From positions 73,494-137,493 of the forward strand of contig CANDJN010000001.1 of the NCBI GenBank assembly GCA_947385085.1: a DNA stretch of 64,000 nucleotides, written 5' to 3'. Below the pieces are notes generated by a model, which saw only the letters and a list, made by a program, of their open reading frames with translations, was not told where the DNA came from and did no database searches. This document shows, piece by piece, positions 1-9,559 of the stretch. The translations under genes and the position numbers were made by a program. Source of the DNA: an uncultured Erysipelotrichaceae bacterium (GTDB taxonomy: Bacteria > Bacillota_I > Bacilli_A > Erysipelotrichales > Erysipelotrichaceae). The stretch's first letter is position 1. The number at the start of each line of letters is the position of its first letter.

Positions 1-572
1 TCAGCGATTGGTTTTACTGATTTCAGCAATTTGGCATTAACGATCATATAGATGATAAACATCAAAAACACATTAACCGCAAGAGTGATTAAAAATGTCT
101 TTGGCAAATTAGCAATAAATTTGTAATCCCAGCTTGGCCACATGTGTTTCCAAAAGCTTTCTTTAGGATAACCAAGTACGATTAAGCCGTTTTTTCCTTC
201 TCCTGTAAAGGTTGGATATCCATCAATGTATCCACGGGTAAGATTAGCTATATCAGAAATTGAATAATTGAGAGGAATGGTATTAGGAAGATTATCGGAG
301 TGCCAAACACATTCACCAGTTTCATTGTCTATATAAACAGCCCATATATGATTGGATCGTAATTGTTCTACGATATCATTGGGCATTGTATATCCCTGAT
401 CAGTTTGCACGATGCTTTCTGCGAATTCCGATGCCGTTATCCACGGACTTCCATTCGGCTTTTGATTAGATACTATGACGGCTAATATAACAAGATTTGC
501 GATAAGTAGTAGGAATGAACTAAGTAATAAGATGCCGACAAAGCGTTGGATCAGCTTGGGTACACTTTTCAT
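1..572 (-). CDS. Sensor histidine kinase, N-terminal part (TM1, ~130-aa extracytoplasmic domain, TM2). The gene runs off the left edge of the window.
   Basis: ATG at 572-570 lies 1 nt after the stop of the upstream OmpR-type regulator. Translation MKSVPKLIQRFVGILLLSSFLLLIANLVILA... gives two hydrophobic segments around a soluble loop. The RR-HK operon order supports the call. Confidence 0.55.
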   Translation of the reverse strand, partial: MKSVPKLIQRFVGILLLSSFLLLIANLVILAVIVSNQKPNGSPWITASEFAESIVQTDQGYTMPNDIVEQLRSNHIWAVYIDNETGECVWHSDNLPNTIPLNYSISDIANLTRGYIDGYPTFTGEGKNGLIVLGYPKESFWKHMWPSWDYKFIANLPKTFLITLAVNVFLMFIIYMIVNAKLLKSVKPIA

Positions 573-573
573 A

Positions 574-1278
574 TTACTTGCTCTCCACAATAAGCTTATA
601 GCCCAACCCTTTAATCGTAATTAAGGAAACCGGTTGCGAAGGATTTTGTTCAATTTTTTCTCGCACACGGCGAATGTGAGCCATCAAAGAGTTTTCATAG
701 CCAAACGGATTGTCTCCCCAGGCGGCTTCACATAGGGCATCGATACTGACAATTCGATCCGCATTTCGATATAAGGCAGAGAGTATATTATACTCTTTTG
801 CAGTAAGAGGAATATGTTCACCATTTTTTATTACTTCTGCTCGATCAAAATCGATCACACTGTTTGATAATTTTACGAGTGGATTTTCACTCTTATAGCT
901 TCTGCGAAGTATAGCATTCACGCGAAATATGAGCTCTTTTGGTAAAAATGGCTTTACCACATAATCATCAGCCCCAAGTCCAAAGCCACGGAATTTATCT
1001 TCATCCTCTCCGCGAGCAGTCAAAAAAAGTATAGGATAGTCTGAAATACTTTTTAATTGCACCATAAGGTCGAATCCATTACCATCGGGCAGCATCACAT
1101 CTAATATAGCAAGTTCTGGTTGGAAAGTATTTGAAATAGCAATAGCCTCAGCTACGGATTTGACAGTCTTTATATTTTGAAATCCATCTTCATTTAAAAT
1201 AGAAACAACCATGTCCAAAAGCTCTTGCTCATCATCGACAAGTAGGATACGTTTCTGTTTTATGAAATCGAAATTCAT
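574..1278 (-). CDS. OmpR/PhoB-family response regulator (REC plus winged-helix)
   Basis: ILLVDDEQELLDMV...DVMLPDGNGFDL receiver motifs and a C-terminal LGYKLIV wHTH. Internal start MNFDF at 1278 with RBS AAAGGAG; the longer listed ORF has an implausible N-terminus. Confidence 0.85.
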   Translation of the reverse strand: MNFDFIKQKRILLVDDEQELLDMVVSILNEDGFQNIKTVKSVAEAIAISNTFQPELAILDVMLPDGNGFDLMVQLKSISDYPILFLTARGEDEDKFRGFGLGADDYVVKPFLPKELIFRVNAILRRSYKSENPLVKLSNSVIDFDRAEVIKNGEHIPLTAKEYNILSALYRNADRIVSIDALCEAAWGDNPFGYENSLMAHIRRVREKIEQNPSQPVSLITIKGLGYKLIVESK

Positions 1279-1431
1279 AGCTTTCAGTCTCCTTTGTGTT
1301 TTTATTATAGCATAAAAACATACTTTTTGATGTGACGCAGTGAAATGTAAGGTAAATGTAAGATAGCGAGAATGTAGCTGCAAGGTTAATATCGTAAACT
1401 AAGGTTGCGATGATAAGAAAGGAGCAAAACA

Positions 1432-2187
1432 ATGAATATCATTGAAACGAAAAACTTAACGAAGTCTTATGCTGATTTTACTGCTGTTTCTAATGTGAAT
1501 TTGCATATCCCGAAAGGTAAGGTATATGGCTTTCTCGGGCCAAATGGCGCAGGCAAGTCCACTACCATGAAAATGTTCATAGGACTGACAAAGCCTACCA
1601 GCGGTTCCTTTACAATTGATGGAAAGAAATATCCGCAAAACAGAGTCGAAATTTTGAAAGAGGTGGGCTCATTTATTGAAGCTCCTGCCTTTTACGGAAA
1701 TTTAAGTGGAGAAGAAAATCTTGAAATTATTCGCAGAATATTAGGATTAAGCAAAAACTCTGTATCAGAGGCTCTTGAAATCGTGGGACTTACGCAATTT
1801 AAGAAACGTCTTGCGAGAAAATATTCGCTTGGAATGAAGCAGCGGTTGGGACTTGCAAGTGCTTTGATAGGGAAGCCACCCATTTTGATATTAGATGAAC
1901 CAACAAACGGACTTGACCCTGTCGGTATTCACGAAATCAGAACGCTGATCCGTTCTTTGCCGGAAAAGTATCATTGCAGCGTTTTGGTTTCTTCGCACCT
2001 GTTGTCTGAAATTGAACTGATGGCGGATACCATAGGCATCTTAAATCATGGACATTTGCTATATGAGGGAACACTTGATCAATTAAAGCTGGACGCTGCT
2101 GCCAAAGGTTATCCAACCGATAATCTGGAGGATACTTTCCTGGCACTGATTGACGCTGATAATCGGCAGAGAGGGACAATAAGATGA
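1432..2187 (+). CDS. ABC transporter ATP-binding protein (lantibiotic/bacitracin-type LanF-like)
   Basis: Walker A GPNGAGKST, signature LSLGMKQRL, Walker B ILILDEP. RBS GAAAGGAG. Translationally coupled to two ~250-aa permeases. Confidence 0.85.
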   Translation: MNIIETKNLTKSYADFTAVSNVNLHIPKGKVYGFLGPNGAGKSTTMKMFIGLTKPTSGSFTIDGKKYPQNRVEILKEVGSFIEAPAFYGNLSGEENLEIIRRILGLSKNSVSEALEIVGLTQFKKRLARKYSLGMKQRLGLASALIGKPPILILDEPTNGLDPVGIHEIRTLIRSLPEKYHCSVLVSSHLLSEIELMADTIGILNHGHLLYEGTLDQLKLDAAAKGYPTDNLEDTFLALIDADNRQRGTIR

Positions 2188-2906
2188 GCATTGCTTTGGA
2201 ATGTAAAAAGGCAAAAAGAACGGGGTTTCTGCCGGCATTTGTCGGCGGCGGTATTCTGGCTGCAGCTGTGCCGATTATCAATATGTCCGTTCGATCTGAT
2301 ATGTATGTTGGATTACAAGAATCTCCCATACAAATTCTGATGAATGCAAACTGGCAGATGATTGCGATGCTTAATATTCTGCTTATCGTGATAGGAGGCT
2401 GTCTTTTATATAGTACAGAATTTGCGGATAATGCCATGCAAAAAATGAAATCTCTTCCTATTCGGGAAAGCAATATTTTTATGGGAAAATTTGCTTTGAT
2501 GGTTATGATGTGTGTGATCGTACTTATCTTTGAAGCAGCTGCAATCGCATTTTGTTCTTTCCATTGGTTTGAAATCGGGAGTGAATTTTGGATGGAGCTT
2601 TGTAAAAGCATTGGGTATACGATGTTATTGATGCTGCCATGTATTGTCACATCGCTGTTTATTTCTTCGGCTTGTAAGAATATGTGGATTTCCCTTGGCA
2701 TTGGGGTTGTCTGTGTTTTTACGGCGACCATATTGCCAACCGATCACTTTATTCTATCACTCTTTCCCTTTGCTTTACCGTTTCAAATTTATATAGATAC
2801 CGACACGGTACAAACCATGCACTATATATTTGCCGCAATGATCGAACTTGTGGCTTTCGGATTGGCAGAGTTGATATTTATAAAGGTAAGGAGGATGTTT
2901 GAATGA
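2184..2906 (+). CDS. ABC-2 type permease (LanE-like, ~6 TM)
   Basis: 240-aa polytopic hydrophobic protein overlapping the ATPase stop (ATGA). Confidence 0.7.
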   Translation: MSIALECKKAKRTGFLPAFVGGGILAAAVPIINMSVRSDMYVGLQESPIQILMNANWQMIAMLNILLIVIGGCLLYSTEFADNAMQKMKSLPIRESNIFMGKFALMVMMCVIVLIFEAAAIAFCSFHWFEIGSEFWMELCKSIGYTMLLMLPCIVTSLFISSACKNMWISLGIGVVCVFTATILPTDHFILSLFPFALPFQIYIDTDTVQTMHYIFAAMIELVAFGLAELIFIKVRRMFE

Positions 2907-3673
2907 GCTTTTTATCACTAATCGGCGTTGAATTCAAAAAAATAAAGCGATCTAAAATATTCCTGATCCTGTTTATTGCAACTGTTATCCTTTGGATACC
3001 GTCAATGATCAACGCCAAGTTAAATTTTGGAATGCAGGCCGAGGGAATTTCACCAGAAAACAATTACTTTATCCAAGGCTTTCTTGCCATGTCTTGGTTT
3101 ATGTTTCCTGCAAGTATGGTTGTTGGAACCGTTCTGCTTTCACAAAATGAAAGGTCGAATAAAGGAATTTTAAAAATGCTTGCTATGCCGATCAGTACGG
3201 TAAAATTATGCTTAGCTAAATTTGTTGTACTGCTTGTATTAGCAGCAGTACAAATTGTAATGATGACAGGGATGTATTATCTCAGCGCGGCGATTGTTAC
3301 TCAAACGCAGAATTACCCTTTTATGCTATCGCCGCTGTTTGTTGCCAAGGAAATCGGACTGTTTTTTATGGCTTCCATACCGATGATTGCATTATTCTGG
3401 ATGCTGTCAGTATGTATCTCGACAGCAATATTCTCTGTTGGCATAGGCTTAGCATCCATTGTGCCATCCGTACTGGTTATAAATACCAAGCTATGGTTCA
3501 TCTATCCTATGTCGTATCCATTCTTCGTGATTACTGCTGAATATGGAAAACTGGCAACCAATCTTGACACGGCTCAAGTGGAGCTGATACCTTGGATTCC
3601 TGTAGCAATTACGATTACTATTATTTGTTTAGGCATTTCCTGTATCCGTTTTGGGCAGGCTGAAAGGAGATAG
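2903..3673 (+). CDS. ABC-2 type permease (LanG-like, ~6 TM)
   Basis: 256-aa polytopic membrane protein, start overlaps the previous stop. Confidence 0.7.
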   Translation: MSFLSLIGVEFKKIKRSKIFLILFIATVILWIPSMINAKLNFGMQAEGISPENNYFIQGFLAMSWFMFPASMVVGTVLLSQNERSNKGILKMLAMPISTVKLCLAKFVVLLVLAAVQIVMMTGMYYLSAAIVTQTQNYPFMLSPLFVAKEIGLFFMASIPMIALFWMLSVCISTAIFSVGIGLASIVPSVLVINTKLWFIYPMSYPFFVITAEYGKLATNLDTAQVELIPWIPVAITITIICLGISCIRFGQAERR

Positions 3674-3677
3674 TATA

Positions 3678-3959
3678 ATGAAAAACAAAATTTTGACTGT
3701 TATCAGCACCATCATGCTTTTTGTTCCTTGGACAATATTGCTGCTTAGAATGTACGATTGGGCGTTAAAGTCGCCTACGGCAGAAATTATGATCGCTTGT
3801 TATTCCATATTTATGATCTTTAGCGGAATTTTTACAATCAATTCTTATGTCAAGGAAAAGGCGCAAAGTAATCTAATGAAAATCTGTTTGATTGTAAATG
3901 GTCTTTATGCGGTCGCCGGTGCAGTATTTCTAGTTATGATGTTATATAATTTTATGTAA
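3678..3959 (+). CDS. Small 3-TM membrane protein
   Basis: RBS AAAGGAGA 6 nt before ATG at 3678. 93 aa, hydrophobic throughout. Confidence 0.5.
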   Translation: MKNKILTVISTIMLFVPWTILLLRMYDWALKSPTAEIMIACYSIFMIFSGIFTINSYVKEKAQSNLMKICLIVNGLYAVAGAVFLVMMLYNFM

Positions 3960-4230
3960 GGCACATTGGCTAAAGAAGTAAAAGAAATCATATCAGAAAT
4001 TTTTGCTTAAAGCCATTGTTGTTTTGCGGATGGTAGCTTTCATCACGATAAAGGTAGCTTGCAAGACAACATGTTTGATGCCGGCATATGTGGATGTTAT
4101 CTTTTATAGATATGTTCTTGCAAATTAAGTTGGATTGCTCATTTGAAGGGAGCGATTGACACTGTTTTATTTTTTCTCAATCAGGTATAATGTGATCAAA
4201 ACTTGTCATACTAATGATGAGGTGATAAAA

Positions 4231-4560
4231 ATGGAAAGAAAAAAACAGTATAGCGAAAAGCAGGTTGAGCAAGATTTGTATCAGTATGAAATGGGTATTG
4301 AATTAGGTGCCGATGTAGAAAACGAAAAACAGCAGCATCGCAAAGAATACCAGCAGGAAAACCAGTCTTCTGATTATAAAAATGATTCTTCAAAGCAGAA
4401 TCGCAATCAGCGTAACCAGCAGCAAAGCAACAATCAATTTTCTTCGCTGAATCAAAGCAATAATCAGAACAAAAATCAGAATAATCAGCGACAGAATTCT
4501 CAATCTCAGCAAAATCGCAATCAGCGTGATCAGATGAACAATCGCAATAGCTTCCGCTAA
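4231..4560 (+). CDS. Q/N-rich low-complexity small protein (109 aa)
   Basis: RBS GAGGTGA before ATG 4231. C-terminal 70 aa are almost only Q, N, S, R with reiterated NQRNQ / QNRNQR units. Confidence 0.5.
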   Translation: MERKKQYSEKQVEQDLYQYEMGIELGADVENEKQQHRKEYQQENQSSDYKNDSSKQNRNQRNQQQSNNQFSSLNQSNNQNKNQNNQRQNSQSQQNRNQRDQMNNRNSFR

Positions 4561-4740
4561 GTATTGTTACGTATGATTCGTGAAAGATAAGCGAAAAGAG
4601 GTGTCATCCAAGTGGATCGCCTCTTTTTCTATGATGATAATATTAAGAAGGAATAGTTATCATCTATCACAAAGCTTTTTAAGCATAGGTGTGTTATAAT
4701 GGGTTAGAAGAAGCATACTTTTGCAGGAAAGGAAACGCTT

Positions 4741-5631
4741 ATGGAAATCAGAGTCCTTCGATATTTTTTAACTGTTGTACAAGAACAAAGCATCACCAAA
4801 GCTGCGTCAGTGCTGCATATTACTCAGCCAACCTTAAGCCGACAGCTCGCACAGTTGGAAGCGGAAATAGGGGTTAAGCTGTTTGAGCGCGGTTCGCGCA
4901 AAATTACCTTAACCAATGAGGGGATATTACTGCGACGGCGCGCCGAAGAGATTTTACAGCTGGTGGATAAAACAGAAAAGGAGATTATCATACAAGAAGA
5001 ACAGGTGGAAGGAAGGATAACCATAGGATGTGGAGAAACTGTATCGGTTCAGCTTTTGCCTGATCTGTTTGCAGACTTTCACAGAAAATATCCACTGGTT
5101 TCCTTTGATTTATATACCGCAACTGCCGATCAAGTAAAAAATCTAATGGACCGCGGTTTGGTGGATGTGGGATTGCTGGTGGAGCCGGTCGACATGGAAA
5201 AGTATGATTTTATACGCCTGGATCCCAAAGATCGTTGGGTGGTATTGATGCGACCGGATGATCCGCTTACAGAGAAAGAACGATTGACAGCTAAGGACTT
5301 ATTGACACTTCCGCTCATTTTACCGCGACGCTTACAGGTACAAAGTGAGCTGGCAAGCTGGTTTGGTGATTATTACGACAAGCTCAATGTGCTGTTCACA
5401 AGCAATTTAAGTACCAATGCGGCCATTATGGTAAACAGTGGCCTAGCTTATGCGGTAGCGATTGAAGGCTCTTTGCCGTTTTGGGATCGAGCTAAAATAA
5501 CCTACCGGCCACTACATCCTAAGCTGAGCGCTTCCAGTGTATTAGCGTGGAAACATGGACAGCCATTCAGTCTCGCTGCCACAAAATTTATTGAACATAT
5601 GAAATGCTTTTTAAGCATGGGTGAAGCATAA
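4741..5631 (+). CDS. LysR-family transcriptional regulator
   Basis: N-terminal HTH ITKAASVLHITQPTLSRQLAQLE plus a substrate-binding domain. Confidence 0.85.
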   Translation: MEIRVLRYFLTVVQEQSITKAASVLHITQPTLSRQLAQLEAEIGVKLFERGSRKITLTNEGILLRRRAEEILQLVDKTEKEIIIQEEQVEGRITIGCGETVSVQLLPDLFADFHRKYPLVSFDLYTATADQVKNLMDRGLVDVGLLVEPVDMEKYDFIRLDPKDRWVVLMRPDDPLTEKERLTAKDLLTLPLILPRRLQVQSELASWFGDYYDKLNVLFTSNLSTNAAIMVNSGLAYAVAIEGSLPFWDRAKITYRPLHPKLSASSVLAWKHGQPFSLAATKFIEHMKCFLSMGEA

Positions 5632-5867
5632 AAATAAAGTATTTGATATTATAGAATGATCAAGTAAAATGTAAGTAGTACTATGTTAACTGATTTCCAC
5701 TGTTGCTTCTGTTAAATTCAATGCTGTTGCAAATTCAATGAGCGATATTTCGGTTTGGAAAATTGACTGATATGCCATTGCCAAAACTTTGATTACAATA
5801 TATAAGAAGTATACGTTTTCTAAATACAATTAAGTGACTGTATAAAAAATAAAAAAGGAGACTAGCT

Positions 5868-6908
5868 ATGCAGTATATGAAACTTGGCACATCAGATTTA
5901 ATGGTATCTCGTATTTGTATGGGATGCATGGGCTTTGGAGATGCCAAAAATGGTCAGCATTCGTGGACGCTGAATGAGGAAGATTCTCGCAAAATCATTC
6001 ACAGAGGATTGGAATTGGGAGTGAACTTTTTTGATACTGCCATCGCTTATCAAAGCGGAACAAGTGAGCAGTATTTGGGAAGGGCATTAAAGGAATTTGC
6101 GCGCAGAGAAGATGTGGTTGTCGCCACCAAGTTTTTACCACGCACGCAGGCGGATATTGACGCAGGAATTACCGGTCAAATGCATATCGAACGCATGATC
6201 AATAAAAGTCTTGATAATCTTGGGATGGATTATGTCGATTTGTATATTTATCATATGTGGGATCATCAGACGCCGCTTTATGATATTATGGAGGGGTTAA
6301 ATAATATCGTTAAGGCAGGAAAAGCGCGTTATATCGGAATTTCTAACTGTTTTTCATGGCAACTGGCGAAGGCCAATGCACTAGCAGAAAAGGAAGGGTG
6401 GGCGAAGTTTGTTTCTGTTCAAGGGCATTATAACTTGCTTTTCCGTGAGGAAGAACGAGAGATGCTGGGATTGTGCAGGGAGGATAACATCGCTATGACG
6501 CCGTACAGTGCACTGGCAAGCGGGCGATTGTCAAAGGCCCCCGGTGAAACAAGCAAGCGATTACAGGAAGACAGCTATGCGAAGTTGAAATACGATGCCA
6601 CTGCCAAGCAGGATGAAATGATCATTCATCGGGTGATGGAGATGGCAAATAAGCATCATGTATCCATGAGTGAGATTTCCTTGGCGTGGCTTTTGACAAA
6701 AGTAACTGCTCCTGTTGTAGGGGCCACGAAGCCATCGCACATTGAGGGAGCAGTAAAGGCAGTTGATCTTGTGTTGACCCATGAGGAAGCATCCTATTTA
6801 GAAGAGCCTTATGTGCCCCATGCCTTGGTAGGCGTTATGGCTCAAAACACCGCACAGAACGCAAAAGCAAAGCATGTATGGTCAACCGGCAATCAGAAGC
6901 TATCATAG
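5868..6908 (+). CDS. Aldo/keto reductase
   Basis: AKR motifs (GxxxxDTAxxYG-like FFDTAIAYQSG, IGISN). RBS AAGGAG. Confidence 0.85.
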   Translation: MQYMKLGTSDLMVSRICMGCMGFGDAKNGQHSWTLNEEDSRKIIHRGLELGVNFFDTAIAYQSGTSEQYLGRALKEFARREDVVVATKFLPRTQADIDAGITGQMHIERMINKSLDNLGMDYVDLYIYHMWDHQTPLYDIMEGLNNIVKAGKARYIGISNCFSWQLAKANALAEKEGWAKFVSVQGHYNLLFREEEREMLGLCREDNIAMTPYSALASGRLSKAPGETSKRLQEDSYAKLKYDATAKQDEMIIHRVMEMANKHHVSMSEISLAWLLTKVTAPVVGATKPSHIEGAVKAVDLVLTHEEASYLEEPYVPHALVGVMAQNTAQNAKAKHVWSTGNQKLS

Positions 6909-7106
6909 TGATAAAGAAATCATGAGCAGAGAAGCTATACAAACAGAAAACAATATGGGTACGCAAAAATTAAGCAAGCTCATTATTAAGACGGGGATAC
7001 CGTTAATGCTGATGATCGCTCAGATATTTGGCATGACTACAAGAATCTTCATCAATCACAGGTGATTATTTGCGATATTACAAGGTGATTATACTAGGAG
7101 GTATTT

Positions 7107-7601
7107 ATGATGAATAATAAATTGGTTGCGTATTTTTCGGCAAGTGGTGTTACGGCGAAGGTAGCGTCGATGCTGGCAGAGGTTATAGAGGCAGAAATTT
7201 ATGAGATCAAACCGAAAGTTCCTTATACCGATACAGATTTGAATTGGATGGATAAAAACAGTCGCAGTTCATTGGAAATGAATGATCCAAATTCCCGTCC
7301 TGCGATTCAAGGTAAGGTGGATCACATGAAGAATTACGATGTCGTTTTTGTCGGCTTCCCAATTTGGTGGTATGTAGCCCCGACCATTATTAATACCTTT
7401 TTAGAAACTTATGATTGGAAGGGGAAAATTGTAATACCGTTTGCGACCTCAGGCGGCAGCGGAATGGGCAGCACCAATGATAAACTTCGTCCAAGCTGTA
7501 AAGGAGCGAAGCTGATGCCGGGAAGATTGCTCAATGGGGCAATTTCCATAAAAGAAATAAAGGAATGGGCAGAAAGTATTTTGAGTGATTCATCGAAATG
7601 A
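7107..7601 (+). CDS. Flavodoxin-like protein
   Basis: LVAYFSASGVT...FVGFPIWW, typical of flavodoxin_4. Confidence 0.75.
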   Translation: MMNNKLVAYFSASGVTAKVASMLAEVIEAEIYEIKPKVPYTDTDLNWMDKNSRSSLEMNDPNSRPAIQGKVDHMKNYDVVFVGFPIWWYVAPTIINTFLETYDWKGKIVIPFATSGGSGMGSTNDKLRPSCKGAKLMPGRLLNGAISIKEIKEWAESILSDSSK

Positions 7602-7658
7602 TAAAGAATGTGTTTTTTATAAAAGGATAAGGTATACATAATAGGGAAAGGAGATATT

Positions 7659-8063
7659 ATGACATCAAAAGAGTTGAAACAGGTTTTTCCACTAGGAGAA
7701 AAGAATGAAGCATTTGCGCAGTTTTTTGAGGGAACGAGCTATTTGAAAATGTTGAGCAGCGAGCGTGTAAGCATTGCCAATGTGACGTTTGAACCGGGAT
7801 GCCGCAATCATTGGCACATTCACCACAAGGGCGGTCAAATATTACTTTGTACGGCCGGAAGGGGCTATTATCAGGAGTGGGGAAAGCCGGCACAGGAAAT
7901 GAAACCGGGCGATGTGATCAATATACCACCAGAGGTTAAGCATTGGCATGGCGCTGCGTTTGATAGCTGGTTCGCCCATTTGGCCGTAGAGGTGCCCGCC
8001 GAGAACGCGTCCAATGAATGGCTGGAGCCGGTGGATGAAGAAGCCTATAACAAATTGAAATGA
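7659..8063 (+). CDS. Cupin-domain protein
   Basis: HWHIHHKGGQILLCTAGRGYYQEWG cupin metal-site motif. Confidence 0.75.
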   Translation: MTSKELKQVFPLGEKNEAFAQFFEGTSYLKMLSSERVSIANVTFEPGCRNHWHIHHKGGQILLCTAGRGYYQEWGKPAQEMKPGDVINIPPEVKHWHGAAFDSWFAHLAVEVPAENASNEWLEPVDEEAYNKLK

Positions 8064-8075
8064 GGAGATGTAACG

Positions 8076-8405
8076 ATGAAAAAAGTAACCGCAGGCAGAG
8101 ATGCACTGGGCAATTTTGCCCCTAAATTTGCTGAATTGAATGATGATGTATTGTTTGGAGAGATTTGGTCAAGGGAATCACAGCTATCGTTGCGTGATCG
8201 CAGTGTTGTCACGGTAACAGCACTTATGGCAAGCGGTGTTCTTGACAGTTCTTTGGCATTTCATATCCAAGAGGCAAAGCATAACGGTGTTACCCAAAAT
8301 GAGATGGCAGAGATATTGACCCATGCGGCTTTTTATGCCGGATGGCCAAAGGCATGGGCTGCCTTTAAGATGGCAAAAGAAATCTATGGAGAAACGGAAT
8401 CATAA
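8076..8405 (+). CDS. Carboxymuconolactone decarboxylase (CMD/AhpD-like) family protein
   Basis: Size and ILTHAAFYAGWPKAW motif. Confidence 0.7.
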   Translation: MKKVTAGRDALGNFAPKFAELNDDVLFGEIWSRESQLSLRDRSVVTVTALMASGVLDSSLAFHIQEAKHNGVTQNEMAEILTHAAFYAGWPKAWAAFKMAKEIYGETES

Positions 8406-8540
8406 GCTGATCGTAGCTTTTTAAACATTTTATGTGGTTGTTTTAAATTAGTTATATGAAAAACGATCGTTTTTTCATGAACTGAGAAACCCTGTGATAT
8501 TTTAGTAATGGCACTATAAGTCTTTTTTTAATCACAAGTT

Positions 8541-8589
8541 CCATTCATCTTGCACTGTGATCGCATGGTCTGATGAATGGCTTTTTTTT
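8541..8589 (+). terminator. Putative intrinsic terminator after the detox cluster
   Basis: 9-bp stem CCATTCATC/GATGAATGG followed by T8. The loop is long (22 nt). Confidence 0.4.
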
Positions 8590-8688
8590 AGTGTGTTTGT
8601 TATAATGAAACAGAAACAACTTTATGATCTGATTTTTGTGGTTGTTGTCATATATTTTATTTGTATTGATATTGTGAAGGAGTGAGGT

Positions 8689-9474
8689 ATGATGTTTCGC
8701 TGTCCAAAGTGTAACGAGCCGTTGCATCGCCATGGTATGTCCTATATTTGTGCTTATCATCACTGTTATGATTGTGCTAAGTCCGGCTATGTCAATTTGA
8801 CGTTACGACAGAAGAAACAGCACGGGGATGATGCGATGATGATTCAAGCGCGCACCGTCTTTTTATCAAACGGCTATTATGCGTCTTTACAAAAGGCATT
8901 GCTTAGGGAATTGCGTTTACTTAACCCACAGGTTTTGATTGATGGGGGATGTGGTCAAGGCTATTATACCAACGCATTGGCAGATCACTTACCGAATTGT
9001 GAAGTCTATGGCTTTGATTTATCTAAATACGCATTGAAAACGGCAGCGAAAGGAAATGCCCGGGTTCACTATGCGGTGGCAAGCGTCGCCCAGCTACCGC
9101 TTTTTGATGCCTGCGCTGATTGTGTTGTATCCATTTTTGCGCCGCTTTATGAACAGGAAATGCATCGCGTGTTAAAGGATGGTGGAGCTATGATTCGCAT
9201 TGGTCCCGGTCCGCGTCATTTATGGGAATTAAAGCAGGCTTTGTATGATAAGGTTTATGAAAATACAGAACCTGCTCCACTGTCACTTTTTACCCTTCGC
9301 AACGTTGTAACGGTGGATTATTCGATTACCCTTAACGATCATAAGGACCTGGAGGCACTGTTTTCGATGACGCCCTATGTATATCGAACATCACGAATTA
9401 AAGCAGAACGTTTAAAGGAATGGCAGGCAGACTCTATACAGCTTCAGTTTCGTATGGAAATATGGCAGAAATGA
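8689..9474 (+). CDS. rlmA: 23S rRNA (guanine745-N1)-methyltransferase RlmA-like
   Basis: N-terminal CPKC...C Zn-binding segment, then SAM motif LIDGGCGQGYY. Confidence 0.7.
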   Translation: MMFRCPKCNEPLHRHGMSYICAYHHCYDCAKSGYVNLTLRQKKQHGDDAMMIQARTVFLSNGYYASLQKALLRELRLLNPQVLIDGGCGQGYYTNALADHLPNCEVYGFDLSKYALKTAAKGNARVHYAVASVAQLPLFDACADCVVSIFAPLYEQEMHRVLKDGGAMIRIGPGPRHLWELKQALYDKVYENTEPAPLSLFTLRNVVTVDYSITLNDHKDLEALFSMTPYVYRTSRIKAERLKEWQADSIQLQFRMEIWQK

Positions 9475-9559
9475 AGATCTTTTGCTTTTAAGGGGTTAGG
9501 GGATATGCTATAATGAATCCGTTGTAGCGTTGGATAAAATACAGAAGGGTTGTGAAAAA

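Noticed and set aside
1937-2731. 264-aa ORF on the minus strand
   Set aside because: Lies entirely antisense to the ABC permease gene, has low-complexity composition and no RBS; a shadow ORF.
4300-4560. Short DNA repeats (AATCGCAATCAGCGT...) considered as a CRISPR or VNTR array
   Set aside because: Units are irregular and lie within a coding frame that gives Q/N repeats; no repeat-spacer periodicity. Interpreted as coding low-complexity sequence.
8545-8763. 72-aa minus-strand ORF overlapping the rlmA start
   Set aside because: Overlaps the terminator and promoter region and the rlmA 5' end; no coding signal.
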